DNA of 63,691 nt, filler included, from an uncultured bacterium (GTDB taxonomy: Bacteria; CAYJRR01), in the NCBI GenBank assembly GCA_964372275.1. It is 3 parts of 3 records of this genome, joined end to end, with 100 filler letters (N's around TTAATTAATTAA, not from the genome) between each part and the next. Parts side by side here need not be neighbours in the genome. Positions count along the whole stretch, not along the records: positions 22,623 to 44,410 come from CAYJRR010000078.1; 2 more parts are not named here. One strand, given 5' to 3'. A program made the position numbers and the translations under genes. Under the pieces are notes generated by a model, which saw only the letters and a list, made by a program, of their open reading frames with translations, did not search any database and was not told the origin of the DNA. The first letter of the stretch is position 1, and every line of letters begins with the position of its first letter. Positions 31,748 to 40,229 of the stretch are shown one piece after another.

Positions 31748-33526
31748 TCACTTCGGGGGCGTCTGGATCGAAACGGCCTTCTCCATACAGAACTCACCCG
31801 CGTCGCCGTAGTCGGCGCAGGCCTGGTACCAGAACGTCCCGTCGCAGTCGCGGGAGTTGCCGCCGAGCTTGACCTGGGTCTCCTGTTGCCACCGCCGGGT
31901 CGACTTCCAACGGGTCTTGCCGTCGGACTCCGTCGGGTCGGAGGGCTGGACGTAGTTGATCTTCACGTCGCGCGCCTTCGTGACCGATGCCGGATCCCAG
32001 CGGACAACCACGGAGCACTGCCCGTACTCGTTCTGAGCCGCGGCCTGGACGTTCCGCGGAGGGCCGAACTCCGAGGTCCGAACCGCTGGCTCCGGGCAGT
32101 TCGATCCGACGAAGATCTCCTTGAGCTGTTTGATCTTCGCCGTGTAGTCGGGGGCGTTCGGATTCTTGTTCAAGGCCTCCACACCACGCGTCCAGAGGCT
32201 GCAGTAGTAGTTCTCGGTCTTGTCGAAGTAGGCGAAGATCTCGGCGACCTTGGAGGCGGGAACCGCTCCGACGTCCGGGCTCCCGAGATCGTTCCTCGCG
32301 TGGGCGAGCTCCTGCGCGTAGCTCCAGCCCCACTTGCTGTTGGCCGCGCTGCTCCGGTCGCGTCGGTCCTTCTGGCGTAGCGTGATCGCTTCGTGATTGC
32401 TGCCGAACTTTTGTCCGCCTTTTACCTTGCTCCCGCCGCCCGTCAGAAGCAGAACGCTCGGCGCCAGCTTGGAGGAGTAGAGCTCGTTGCCGTCGACGTC
32501 GACCAGCTTCGCGAATCGGCTCTTCGCCCACTCGTCCTGAACGACGTGGTGCGCCTGGAAGAAGCTGTTGGTGTTGTAGGAGTCACGCTCCCCGTACGGG
32601 ATCGGCCACTGGTATTCCCGTACGGGGCCGCGGCCGTTCATGCAGTGGATCCAGGTCGATTCGCGAGTGAGCGCGACGAACTCCTTCGCCCCCACGTCGC
32701 GGACGAACAGGTTCGCCCGTTCGCCGCCCGTCGTCGAATAAGGATCGAGGCGATTGTTCACGAACCAGTGGTTCGTTCCCGTCAGCGTCTTCTTCCACTT
32801 CTTGTTTCCGTCGATCGCCTCGATCTCCGATTCGTCGAAGTCGAAGGCGACCCCTTCCGCGCACTCCCGGCAGGACGGACATTCGGCCACGAGGTCGATC
32901 CGCGGATAGCGTGCGACGACCTCCTCCGGGCCCTTCGGAGGCTTCCGTTCGGCCGCGGTGGAGGCCGAGGCCGCCGCTTCGGCCGCCGCCGCCGCGGCCG
33001 AAGCGGGCGCGGCGGCGGTCGCCGCCGTGCTCCCCGCGGGCTTTTGCTGGAGGTTCGCCAGTTCCGCCCTCGCGCGCGCCGTTGCCTGCACCGCCTGCTG
33101 GTGCGCACGTCCCGCGGTCCCCAATGCCTGCTTCTTCGACTTGAGCTTTTCTCCGGCGCGCTTCAGCTCGTCCTCGTGCGCCAGGAGTGTCACCCGGATC
33201 TTCGCCTGCGCCAGCGCGTTCGCCTTCTTCAGGCTCGCCTTCTCCGTCTCGATCTTCCGCTTCAGCGCGTCGTGCTCCTTCTGTCTGGCCACGACCTCCG
33301 TCTGCAGTTCGGCCACGGACTTCGCCTTGGCCTTCTCGTCGGACTCCGCCTCCTTCACCCTTCTCTCCGCGGCCTGGACCGCGCCTTGATTCTGCGCCAT
33401 CGCGCCGGAAACGCCTCCCAGCGCTCCGGCCAGCGCGACGAGGAAGTGGAATCGAGTCACGCCCGCCTTCGTCCGACGCGCGGTTCGACGCAACATCGAC
33501 CGAAGGACTTCTGATCTCTCGTTCAA
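31748..33526 (-). CDS. Secreted protein: coiled coil + Tox-SHH-like HNH nuclease domain + FN3-like C-terminus
   Basis: TTG after GGGAGGG (alternative ATG 33496); signal FLVALAGALGGVSGAMA; QAHHVVQDEWA...YSSKLAPSVLL...NHEAITLRQ...KW...QEL; PPRNVQAAA...VVVRWDP. Confidence 0.72.
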   Translation of the reverse strand: MNERSEVLRSMLRRTARRTKAGVTRFHFLVALAGALGGVSGAMAQNQGAVQAAERRVKEAESDEKAKAKSVAELQTEVVARQKEHDALKRKIETEKASLKKANALAQAKIRVTLLAHEDELKRAGEKLKSKKQALGTAGRAHQQAVQATARARAELANLQQKPAGSTAATAAAPASAAAAAAEAAASASTAAERKPPKGPEEVVARYPRIDLVAECPSCRECAEGVAFDFDESEIEAIDGNKKWKKTLTGTNHWFVNNRLDPYSTTGGERANLFVRDVGAKEFVALTRESTWIHCMNGRGPVREYQWPIPYGERDSYNTNSFFQAHHVVQDEWAKSRFAKLVDVDGNELYSSKLAPSVLLLTGGGSKVKGGQKFGSNHEAITLRQKDRRDRSSAANSKWGWSYAQELAHARNDLGSPDVGAVPASKVAEIFAYFDKTENYYCSLWTRGVEALNKNPNAPDYTAKIKQLKEIFVGSNCPEPAVRTSEFGPPRNVQAAAQNEYGQCSVVVRWDPASVTKARDVKINYVQPSDPTESDGKTRWKSTRRWQQETQVKLGGNSRDCDGTFWYQACADYGDAGEFCMEKAVSIQTPPK

Positions 33527-33938
33527 TCCACCCTCCCGGTGCCGCCTTGGCGTTGATCGGTGGGAGAGTGTACGCGAGCGGCGAATCGAGTCTCGACACT
33601 CAATCGTCGTTACGCAGAGATTGCGCGGCGACCGTTCGCAGCGACTCCCGCTCGACTGCCGAGGGTGGCTACCTGGAGATGTCGTCAACGCATCCCGCCC
33701 GAAGGGAGCTGCCGGAGCGTCTGAATGTTCCACCGACCGTCCGTTCTGCTTTCGTGAAGACGTCGCAACGCGTCGATGTCGCCGCCGCCGCAGCCGGAGC
33801 AGCCGCCGACCCCGCCCGACGCGGCGGCCGCTCGAGCAGTCGCCGGTTTTCTCTTCAATTCCAGGCGGATCACACGTCGAATAGCGGGCGGAACGCGCCC
33901 GTCGAACGGTTCGTCCTGCCGGGCACGGGGAGGCGCGC

Positions 33939-34370
33939 ATGCACACGACGTCGACGTCGAGCAGGAGTTCGGAGAGATCGCGGCGAAGTCCCGTCGGCAG
34001 ACCGGTCGCGCTCCGGGTCGGCGCGGTACTGTCGGTCGTCGCGATGCTGCTTTTCTCGGCGTGCGTTCCGGTGCACCACCACGGTCACGGGCATCACCAG
34101 GGCCCGCCCCCGGACGGACTCGAGACGTGCATGTTGGCCACCTGTTTCGGAGCGACGTTGCTCGGGGCGAGCCCGCGGGAGGCGGCGGTCGCGGCGGCGG
34201 CGGCGGGACTGATCTACCTCGAGACGCACGACGACCACTGGCACGACCCGTACTGCGGTTGCCCGAGCCGCTGGTACGACGGCTACCGCGTCTATTGGTA
34301 CTCCGGTCGCTGGGAGTTCCACGACGGCCAGCACTGGTGCGAGGTGCGCCCCCGTGGTCCCGGCTGGTAG
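33939..34370 (+). CDS. His/Cys/Trp-rich small lipoprotein
   Basis: GGGAGG RBS; lipobox FSAC followed by VPVHHHGHGHH; HDDHWHDPYCGC. Confidence 0.7.
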   Translation: MHTTSTSSRSSERSRRSPVGRPVALRVGAVLSVVAMLLFSACVPVHHHGHGHHQGPPPDGLETCMLATCFGATLLGASPREAAVAAAAAGLIYLETHDDHWHDPYCGCPSRWYDGYRVYWYSGRWEFHDGQHWCEVRPRGPGW

Positions 34371-34461
34371 ACGGCGACGGAGCCGATCGACGCTCCGAGC
34401 CGGGGACCGTCGCGTCCCTTGACGGCCCCGCGGTCGGGTGGTACCCAATCGCGGCCCTTTC

Positions 34462-34537
34462 GGTCGCTTAGCTCAGTCGGTAGAGCATCGCCCTCACATG
34501 GCGGGGGTCGTAGGTTCGAGTCCTACAGCGACCACCA
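34462..34537 (+). tRNA. tRNA-Val(CAC)
   Basis: Acceptor GGTCGCT/AGCGACC, D arm GCTC/GAGC, anticodon loop CT-CAC-AT, T loop TTCGAGT, encoded CCA; upstream TTGACG-N17-TACCCA. Confidence 0.97.
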
Positions 34538-34542
34538 CGAAA

Positions 34543-34570
34543 CCCCGCGGTCGACCGCGGGGGACTCTTT
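34543..34570 (+). terminator. Hairpin/terminator after tRNA-Val
   Basis: CCCCGCGG-TCGA-CCGCGGGG followed by GACTCTTT. Confidence 0.6.
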
Positions 34571-34622
34571 GCTCCGGGAGTGCTCGAGCGATGTCCGCGC
34601 GCCGGCCCCGCCAAGGCGACCA

Positions 34623-35090
34623 ATGAACGCGGGCGCGGCCCCCGCCTTCGCCGCCGGCGCCGCCGGCTCGCTCCTGGTGGCGCTGGCCGTCGACGCCGGT
34701 CTGCGGGGCTTGAACGCCGGCGGATTGCCGCCGCTCCAATGGGCACCCGATGCGCTGCACCTTTCGTCCGTGGCGACGCCGGCCTACCTCGTCGGCGCCG
34801 CGCTCGCCCTGCGGCAAGCCGCCACGGCCGGGACCGGGACGTCCCCCCCGGCGGCGGGCGAAGGGGGCTCCGGCGAGAGAGGTCCGCGCCGACCGGGACC
34901 GGTTCCGCGCGCCTTCTGGACCCTCACCTGCGGCGTCGGCCTGCGCGCGATCTTCGGCCTGATCGAGGGGCGAGCACCGTTCTACGCCGCCGCCTCGCTC
35001 GCCGGCACCTTCCTGGAGCTCGCCGCCATCGCGATGCTCGTCGTGCCGCCGTCGCCGCCGAAGGCGCCCGCCGGTTCCTCCGCCGCGTGA
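34623..35090 (+). CDS. Hypothetical 4-TM membrane protein between two tRNAs
   Basis: ATG 34623; four hydrophobic segments; stop abuts the tRNA-Arg 3' end. Confidence 0.6.
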   Translation: MNAGAAPAFAAGAAGSLLVALAVDAGLRGLNAGGLPPLQWAPDALHLSSVATPAYLVGAALALRQAATAGTGTSPPAAGEGGSGERGPRRPGPVPRAFWTLTCGVGLRAIFGLIEGRAPFYAAASLAGTFLELAAIAMLVVPPSPPKAPAGSSAA

Positions 35091-35165
35091 TGGTGGGCTC
35101 GGCAGGAATTGAACCTGCTACTCAACCTTCGGAGGGTTGCGTGATGTCCGGTTCACTACGAGCCC
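35091..35165 (-). tRNA. tRNA-Arg(CCG)
   Basis: Acceptor GGGCTCG/CGAGCCC, D stem GTGA/TCAC, anticodon arm CAACC-CT-CCG-AA-GGTTG, T arm GCAGG-TTCAATT-CCTGC, CCA. Confidence 0.92.
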
Positions 35166-35271
35166 GTTGAAGCCGTTGGACCTGTAGCACCTCGGGCGCG
35201 GGACGGTCAACGGCCGCCGCGGCCGGCGCCGCCGCGGTCCGGGCAGCCCCGGTCCGGCGCCACGGGCTAGA

Positions 35272-36447
35272 ATGGGACCTGCCGTGGCGTCACTCTCCTT
35301 TCCCGCCGGACGCGTGATCGGGATCCCGATCCGGGTGCACGCCAGCTGGTTCGTGGTGCTGGTCGTCGTGACCCTTTCCGTCTCCGGGCAGCTGGTTCCG
35401 GGGAAGACCGACCCGTTCGCGTTGTTCGTCGGTCTGACCGGGGCGCTGCTCCTGTTCGGCTCGGTCCTGCTGCACGAGCTCGGACACTGCGTCGTCGCCC
35501 GGTACTTCGGGATCCACGTGCGGCAGATCCAGCTCTTCCTCTTCGGCGGCGTGGCCGAGATCGTCGGCGAACCGACGCGCACGCGCGACGAACTGCTGAT
35601 CGCCGCGGCCGGTCCGTTCGTCTCCTTCGCGCTCGCCTTCCTCTTCCTGTTCCCGGCGGTGCTGCCGTTGCCGCCGATGCCCCGGCTGCTCTCGCAGTTC
35701 GTCTTCTCCAGCAATCTGCTGCTCGGGATGTTCAATCTCGTGCCGGCCTTCCCGATGGACGGCGGCCGGATCCTGCGGGCGGTGCTGTGGGCGCTGTTCA
35801 ACGACCACCGCCGCGCGACGGCGTGGGCGGCCGGGCTCGGGCTTGCATTCGCCGGCGGATTGGTTCTGGTCGGCGTGACCGTCTTCGTCACCGCGCAATC
35901 GGCCGAGGCCGGGGACCTGCTCGGACCCCGGTTCGGCGGCGTCTGGATCGCGTTGATGGGGTTGTTCCTCGCCCGGTCGGCGACGCAGGCCAACACGCAA
36001 GCGCGGATCGGCGCGCTCCTCCGGGAAGGACGGGTCGCCGAGCTCGCGACGCGCGTCGGTCCCGCCGTCCCCGCGGACCGGACGCTGTTGGAGCTGATGA
36101 CCCAGATCGGCGGTCCCTCGGCCGCGGAGCTGCTCCTGGGGTTCGCGGTCGGCGACGAACGGGGCGTCGTCGGCTTCGTCGAGCCGGCGCGGCTCTATCA
36201 ACTCCCGCGCGAGCGGTGGGGCCGCGTGCGGGTCGCCGAGGTGATGACGCCGATCGAGCTCGTTCCGTCGATCGAGGCCGATCGCCCGCTGGACGAGCTG
36301 GTGCGGCGGATCTCCGAGACCGGATGCCCGGGGTTGGTGGTGCGCCGCGGCTCCGGGATCCACGGCTACGTCAGTCGACTCGACCTGGCGCGATGGCTGG
36401 TGCGAGCCGATCCGAGACGTCCCCGACGGCCGGACGACGACCCGTAG
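35272..36447 (+). CDS. Site-2 protease (M50) with CBS domains
   Basis: LLHELGH, AAAGP, FNLVPAFPMDGGR; C-terminal CBS pair. Confidence 0.93.
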   Translation: MGPAVASLSFPAGRVIGIPIRVHASWFVVLVVVTLSVSGQLVPGKTDPFALFVGLTGALLLFGSVLLHELGHCVVARYFGIHVRQIQLFLFGGVAEIVGEPTRTRDELLIAAAGPFVSFALAFLFLFPAVLPLPPMPRLLSQFVFSSNLLLGMFNLVPAFPMDGGRILRAVLWALFNDHRRATAWAAGLGLAFAGGLVLVGVTVFVTAQSAEAGDLLGPRFGGVWIALMGLFLARSATQANTQARIGALLREGRVAELATRVGPAVPADRTLLELMTQIGGPSAAELLLGFAVGDERGVVGFVEPARLYQLPRERWGRVRVAEVMTPIELVPSIEADRPLDELVRRISETGCPGLVVRRGSGIHGYVSRLDLARWLVRADPRRPRRPDDDP

Positions 36448-36558
36448 TCGCGCTGGCGCGGATTTTTCGCCGCGTCTCGGGCGACCCCCACGCCCTGAAC
36501 CGCCGTTCGATTAGGAATGGACAGCCGCCGGCGAGCGCATTACATCCTCGGGTTCCCG

Positions 36559-37827
36559 GTGGCCGACCTGTTCGAAAAGTGTTTCCTCTGGGAGGACGCG
36601 AACCACGCCCGCGAAGCGGGGCTCTATCCCTATTTCCAGGCGATCGAGGAGACGAGCGGCACCGAGGTGGTGGTCGGCGGACGGCGCCTGATCATGATCG
36701 GCTCCAACAACTACCTGGGGTTGACGACCGATCCCCGGGTGCGCGAGGCGGCGATCGATGCCGTGCGGCGCTACGGCTCGTCCTGCTCCGGGTCCCGATT
36801 CCTGAACGGAACGCTGCGGCTCCACGAGGAGCTGGAGGAGCGGCTCGCCGACTTCTTCGGCAAGGAGTCGGCGATCGTCTATTCGACCGGCTTCCAGACC
36901 AACCAGGGGGCGATCGCGCCGTTGCTCGGCCGCGACGACCTGGTCTTCGTCGACCGCGGCGACCATGCCTCGATCCTGGACGGCGTCGAGCTCTCGGCGG
37001 GGCAGCGGAAGCGGTTCCGGCACAACGACATGGCCGATCTGGAGCGGCTCCTGGCGGCGGCGAACGCCTCCCAGCCGGGGGCCGGGAAGCTGATCGTTGT
37101 CGACGGCGTCTTCTCGATGGAAGGGGACCTCTCGCCCCTGCCGGAGGTGGTGCGGCTCGCGCGCGCGCACGGGGCGCGGGTGATGGTCGACGACGCGCAC
37201 GGCGTCGGCGTCCTGGGGCGAAACGGCCGAGGCACCGCCGAGCATCTTGGATGCGAGAAGGAGGTCGATCTGCTGATGACGACCTTTTCCAAGTCGTTCG
37301 CGAGTCTGGGGGGCGTGATCGCCGGACCGGCCAAGGTCCTCGACTGGATCAAGCACAAGAGCCGGGCACTGATCTTCTCGGCGGCGATGACCCCGGCGGC
37401 GGCCGGCGCCTGCCTGAAGAGCCTGGAGATCCTGCAGGCGGAGCCCGAGCGGCGCGAACGGCTCTGGGCGATCACCCGCCGCATGCAGTCGGAGTTCCGC
37501 CGGATGGGTTTCGATACCGGGCGCTCGGAGACGCCGATCGTGCCGCTGGTGATCGGCGACGACACGCGGACGTTCGTCTTCTGGCGCGCGCTGCTCGACG
37601 CGGGACTGTTCGCCAATCCGGTGATCGCCCCCGCGGTCGCCCCCGGCAATCAGCTGATCCGCACCTCCTACATGGCGACCCACACCGACGGTCAGCTCGA
37701 CCGGGTGCTGGAGATCGTCGAGCGCGTCGGACGGGAGGTCGGGATCCTGGGTCGCCCTTCGACCGGATCGGCGACGGAACCCGAGCCTGCCGCCGAACCG
37801 TCCGGGTCGGCCGAGACGCCGGCGTAG
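36559..37827 (+). CDS. spt: Alpha-oxoamine synthase, probable serine palmitoyltransferase
   Basis: GLYPYFQAIE, GSNNYLGL, GSRFLNGT, DHASI, VDGVFSMEGD, DDAHG, TFSKSFASLGG; supported by gene context. Confidence 0.8.
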   Translation: MADLFEKCFLWEDANHAREAGLYPYFQAIEETSGTEVVVGGRRLIMIGSNNYLGLTTDPRVREAAIDAVRRYGSSCSGSRFLNGTLRLHEELEERLADFFGKESAIVYSTGFQTNQGAIAPLLGRDDLVFVDRGDHASILDGVELSAGQRKRFRHNDMADLERLLAAANASQPGAGKLIVVDGVFSMEGDLSPLPEVVRLARAHGARVMVDDAHGVGVLGRNGRGTAEHLGCEKEVDLLMTTFSKSFASLGGVIAGPAKVLDWIKHKSRALIFSAAMTPAAAGACLKSLEILQAEPERRERLWAITRRMQSEFRRMGFDTGRSETPIVPLVIGDDTRTFVFWRALLDAGLFANPVIAPAVAPGNQLIRTSYMATHTDGQLDRVLEIVERVGREVGILGRPSTGSATEPEPAAEPSGSAETPA

Positions 37828-37841
37828 GAAGGCCGTTCGCG

Positions 37842-38984
37842 ATGAGCGCCGCCATCCAGCCGATGTCCGAAGTCGTGGTCCGACGCGTGGAGACGCGATC
37901 CGAGCGGGAGGCGTTCATCGCCTTCCAGTGGGAGGTCTACCGGGGCGATCCACATTGGGTGGCGCCGCTCCGGATGGAACGGCGCGATTTCCTCAATTCG
38001 TCGAAGAATCCGTTCTTCCGGCACGCCGAGGTCGAGCTGTACCTGGCGTGGCGGGGAGGGCGGATCGTGGGGCGGATCGCCGCCGTCGACGATCGCAACT
38101 TCAACGCCTTCCAGGGGACCCGCACCGCGTACTGGGGGCTGTTCGAAGCGCTGGACGATCCCGAAGCGGCCGTCGCGCTGTTCGACGCCGTCCGCGGATG
38201 GGCGCGCGCGCGCGGGCTGACCGAGCTCCTCGGACCGATGAACCTCTCCACCAACTACGACTGTGGCCTGCTCGTCGACGGTTTCGACGCCGCCCCCTAC
38301 GTCCTGATGACCTACAACCCCCGCTACTACGTCGGGCTCGTCGAAGGGGCGTGCGGCCAGAAGAAGGCAAAGGACCTGCTCGCCTGGACGCTCGACGTGC
38401 GGCAGCCGATCCCGGAGCGCGTCGCACGGCTGGCGGAGAAGTTTCGCACGCGCGAAGAACTGGTCGTCCGGCCGATCGACGTGCGGAATCTCGACGCCGA
38501 GGTGGAGCGTCTCCAGTCGATCTACAACGACGCCTGGGAGAAGAACTGGGGCTTCGTGCCGATGACCGACGCCGAGTTCCGGCACATGGCGAAGGAGATG
38601 AAGTCGATCGTGGTGCCCGAGCTGGCGCTGATCGCTGAGGTGGACCGCGAGCCGGTCGCCTTCGCCCTGACCCTTCCCGACGTCAACCGCGCGCTCGCCA
38701 AGATCGACGGGAGGCTGTTCCCCACCGGGATCTTCAAGCTGCTGTGGCACCTCCGGCGGATCAAGGCGTGCCGATTGACCGGACTGGGGATCCGCAAGGG
38801 ATACCGCAAGCGCGGGATCGACGCGGTGCTGTACCACGACACGCAGCGGAACGCGCAGCGTCTGGGGTACGTCGACGGCGAGGTATCCTGGACGCTGGAG
38901 GACAATGATTTGATCAATCGGGCGATCGAGATGATGGGAGCCAAACGGTACAAGACCTATCGCTTGTACGAGGGGCCGGTCTGA
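37842..38984 (+). CDS. GNAT-family N-acyltransferase, probable bacterial ceramide synthase (bCerS-like)
   Basis: 380 aa; YRGDPHWVAPL, NPFF, GRIAA, GPMNLSTN, MTYNPRYY, YNDAWEKNWGFVP, LPDVN, SWTLEDN; directly after spt. Confidence 0.8.
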   Translation: MSAAIQPMSEVVVRRVETRSEREAFIAFQWEVYRGDPHWVAPLRMERRDFLNSSKNPFFRHAEVELYLAWRGGRIVGRIAAVDDRNFNAFQGTRTAYWGLFEALDDPEAAVALFDAVRGWARARGLTELLGPMNLSTNYDCGLLVDGFDAAPYVLMTYNPRYYVGLVEGACGQKKAKDLLAWTLDVRQPIPERVARLAEKFRTREELVVRPIDVRNLDAEVERLQSIYNDAWEKNWGFVPMTDAEFRHMAKEMKSIVVPELALIAEVDREPVAFALTLPDVNRALAKIDGRLFPTGIFKLLWHLRRIKACRLTGLGIRKGYRKRGIDAVLYHDTQRNAQRLGYVDGEVSWTLEDNDLINRAIEMMGAKRYKTYRLYEGPV

Positions 38985-38992
38985 GGCGAACA

Positions 38993-39096
38993 GAAAATGG
39001 AAAATGGAAAATGGACAACCGGCAAATGGAAAACGGACGGGAGTAGGCGTACTCGTTGGCCGGTTTTGAATTTTCGAGTTTCCATTTTCCATTTTC
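38993..39096. repeat. AT-rich heptamer tandem inverted repeat (GAAAATG)n...(CATTTTC)n
   Basis: 7-bp-period left arm and reverse-complement right arm in the intergenic space. Confidence 0.85.
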
Positions 39097-39106
39097 GGGT
39101 CGCGGA

Positions 39107-40195
39107 ATGACGACACTCGCGATCCTGACCTCCGGCGGGGACTCCCCCGGCATGAACGCCGCCATCCGCGCCGTGGTGCGCGTCGCCGCGTCGCGCGGGG
39201 TCCGGGTGCTCGGGGTCGACCACGGCTACGACGGATTGATCGAGGGCCGGTTTCGCGACCTGACGGTCGCCCACGACGACGGCCTGCTCTTCCCCGCACC
39301 CGAGGTCGACCTGGTCGGCAACCTCGGCGGGACGCTCCTGGGCTCGGTGCGGTCGTCGCGCTTCCTGACGGGGGAGGGGCGGCGTGAGGCGTTGGAGCAG
39401 ATGCGCGCGGCCGGCGTGCACGGGCTGGTCGTCGTCGGAGGGAACGGATCGTTGACCGGCGCCCACCGGCTCGCCCGTGAGGGGGACGTGGCGGTGGTCG
39501 GGATGCCGGCGTCGATCGACAACGACATCGGCGCGACGTCGCTGGCGATCGGCGTCGACACCGCGCTGAACACGATCGTCGAGGCCTGCGACCGGATCTC
39601 CGACACCGCCCGCGCGCACCGGCGCGCGTTCGTGGTGGAGGTGATGGGTCGCCAGTGCGGCTACCTGGCGATGGCCTCCGCCGTCGCGGTCGCCGCCGAC
39701 GGCGTCCTGTTCCGGGAGCAGGGGCGGAGCGAATCGGAGATCGTCGACGCCGCCGAGCGCGTGTTGCGCGCCGGATTCGAACCGCGTCGGGGGAAGCGGC
39801 GAGTCCTGATCGTGAAGAGCGAAGGGGTCGAGCTTCCCACCCCGCGCCTCACGGCGATGCTGCAGGAACGCCTGCACGATCTTCCCGGCGTCGAGGTCCG
39901 CGGCACCGTCCTCGGCCACCTGGTGCGAGGCGGCAATCCCTCGCACCTCGATCGCCTGATCGCCGGCCGGCTCGGACTGGCGGCCGTCCTTGCGCTGCTC
40001 GAGAAGAAGACCGACGAGATGGTCGCCTGGCAGCCGCACGTCCGCGGCGGGACGCCGACCGGGGACCCCCAGGTCTTCCGATTCCCCCTGGAGCGGGTGC
40101 TCGAGGAGACGACGGGGCTGCTCGACGGGACGAGCGAGGTGATGCGGCGGCGGGTGGCGATGATGGAGAGTCATCAGGGAGTGCTTTCGCTCTGA
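39107..40195 (+). CDS. pfkA: 6-phosphofructokinase
   Basis: LTSGGDSPGMNAAIR, GGNGS, PASIDNDI, VEVMGR, LGHLVRGG. Confidence 0.93.
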   Translation: MTTLAILTSGGDSPGMNAAIRAVVRVAASRGVRVLGVDHGYDGLIEGRFRDLTVAHDDGLLFPAPEVDLVGNLGGTLLGSVRSSRFLTGEGRREALEQMRAAGVHGLVVVGGNGSLTGAHRLAREGDVAVVGMPASIDNDIGATSLAIGVDTALNTIVEACDRISDTARAHRRAFVVEVMGRQCGYLAMASAVAVAADGVLFREQGRSESEIVDAAERVLRAGFEPRRGKRRVLIVKSEGVELPTPRLTAMLQERLHDLPGVEVRGTVLGHLVRGGNPSHLDRLIAGRLGLAAVLALLEKKTDEMVAWQPHVRGGTPTGDPQVFRFPLERVLEETTGLLDGTSEVMRRRVAMMESHQGVLSL

Positions 40196-40229
40196 TGGAC
40201 CGGCGATCGGCCGCCGCCCCGGTTCCCGC

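Noticed and set aside
33660-33735. CTGGAGA...CCGAAGGGAGC resembling part of a glycine riboswitch aptamer
   Set aside because: Lacks the conserved CTCTCAGG 3' element and a relevant downstream gene; an Rfam search would settle it
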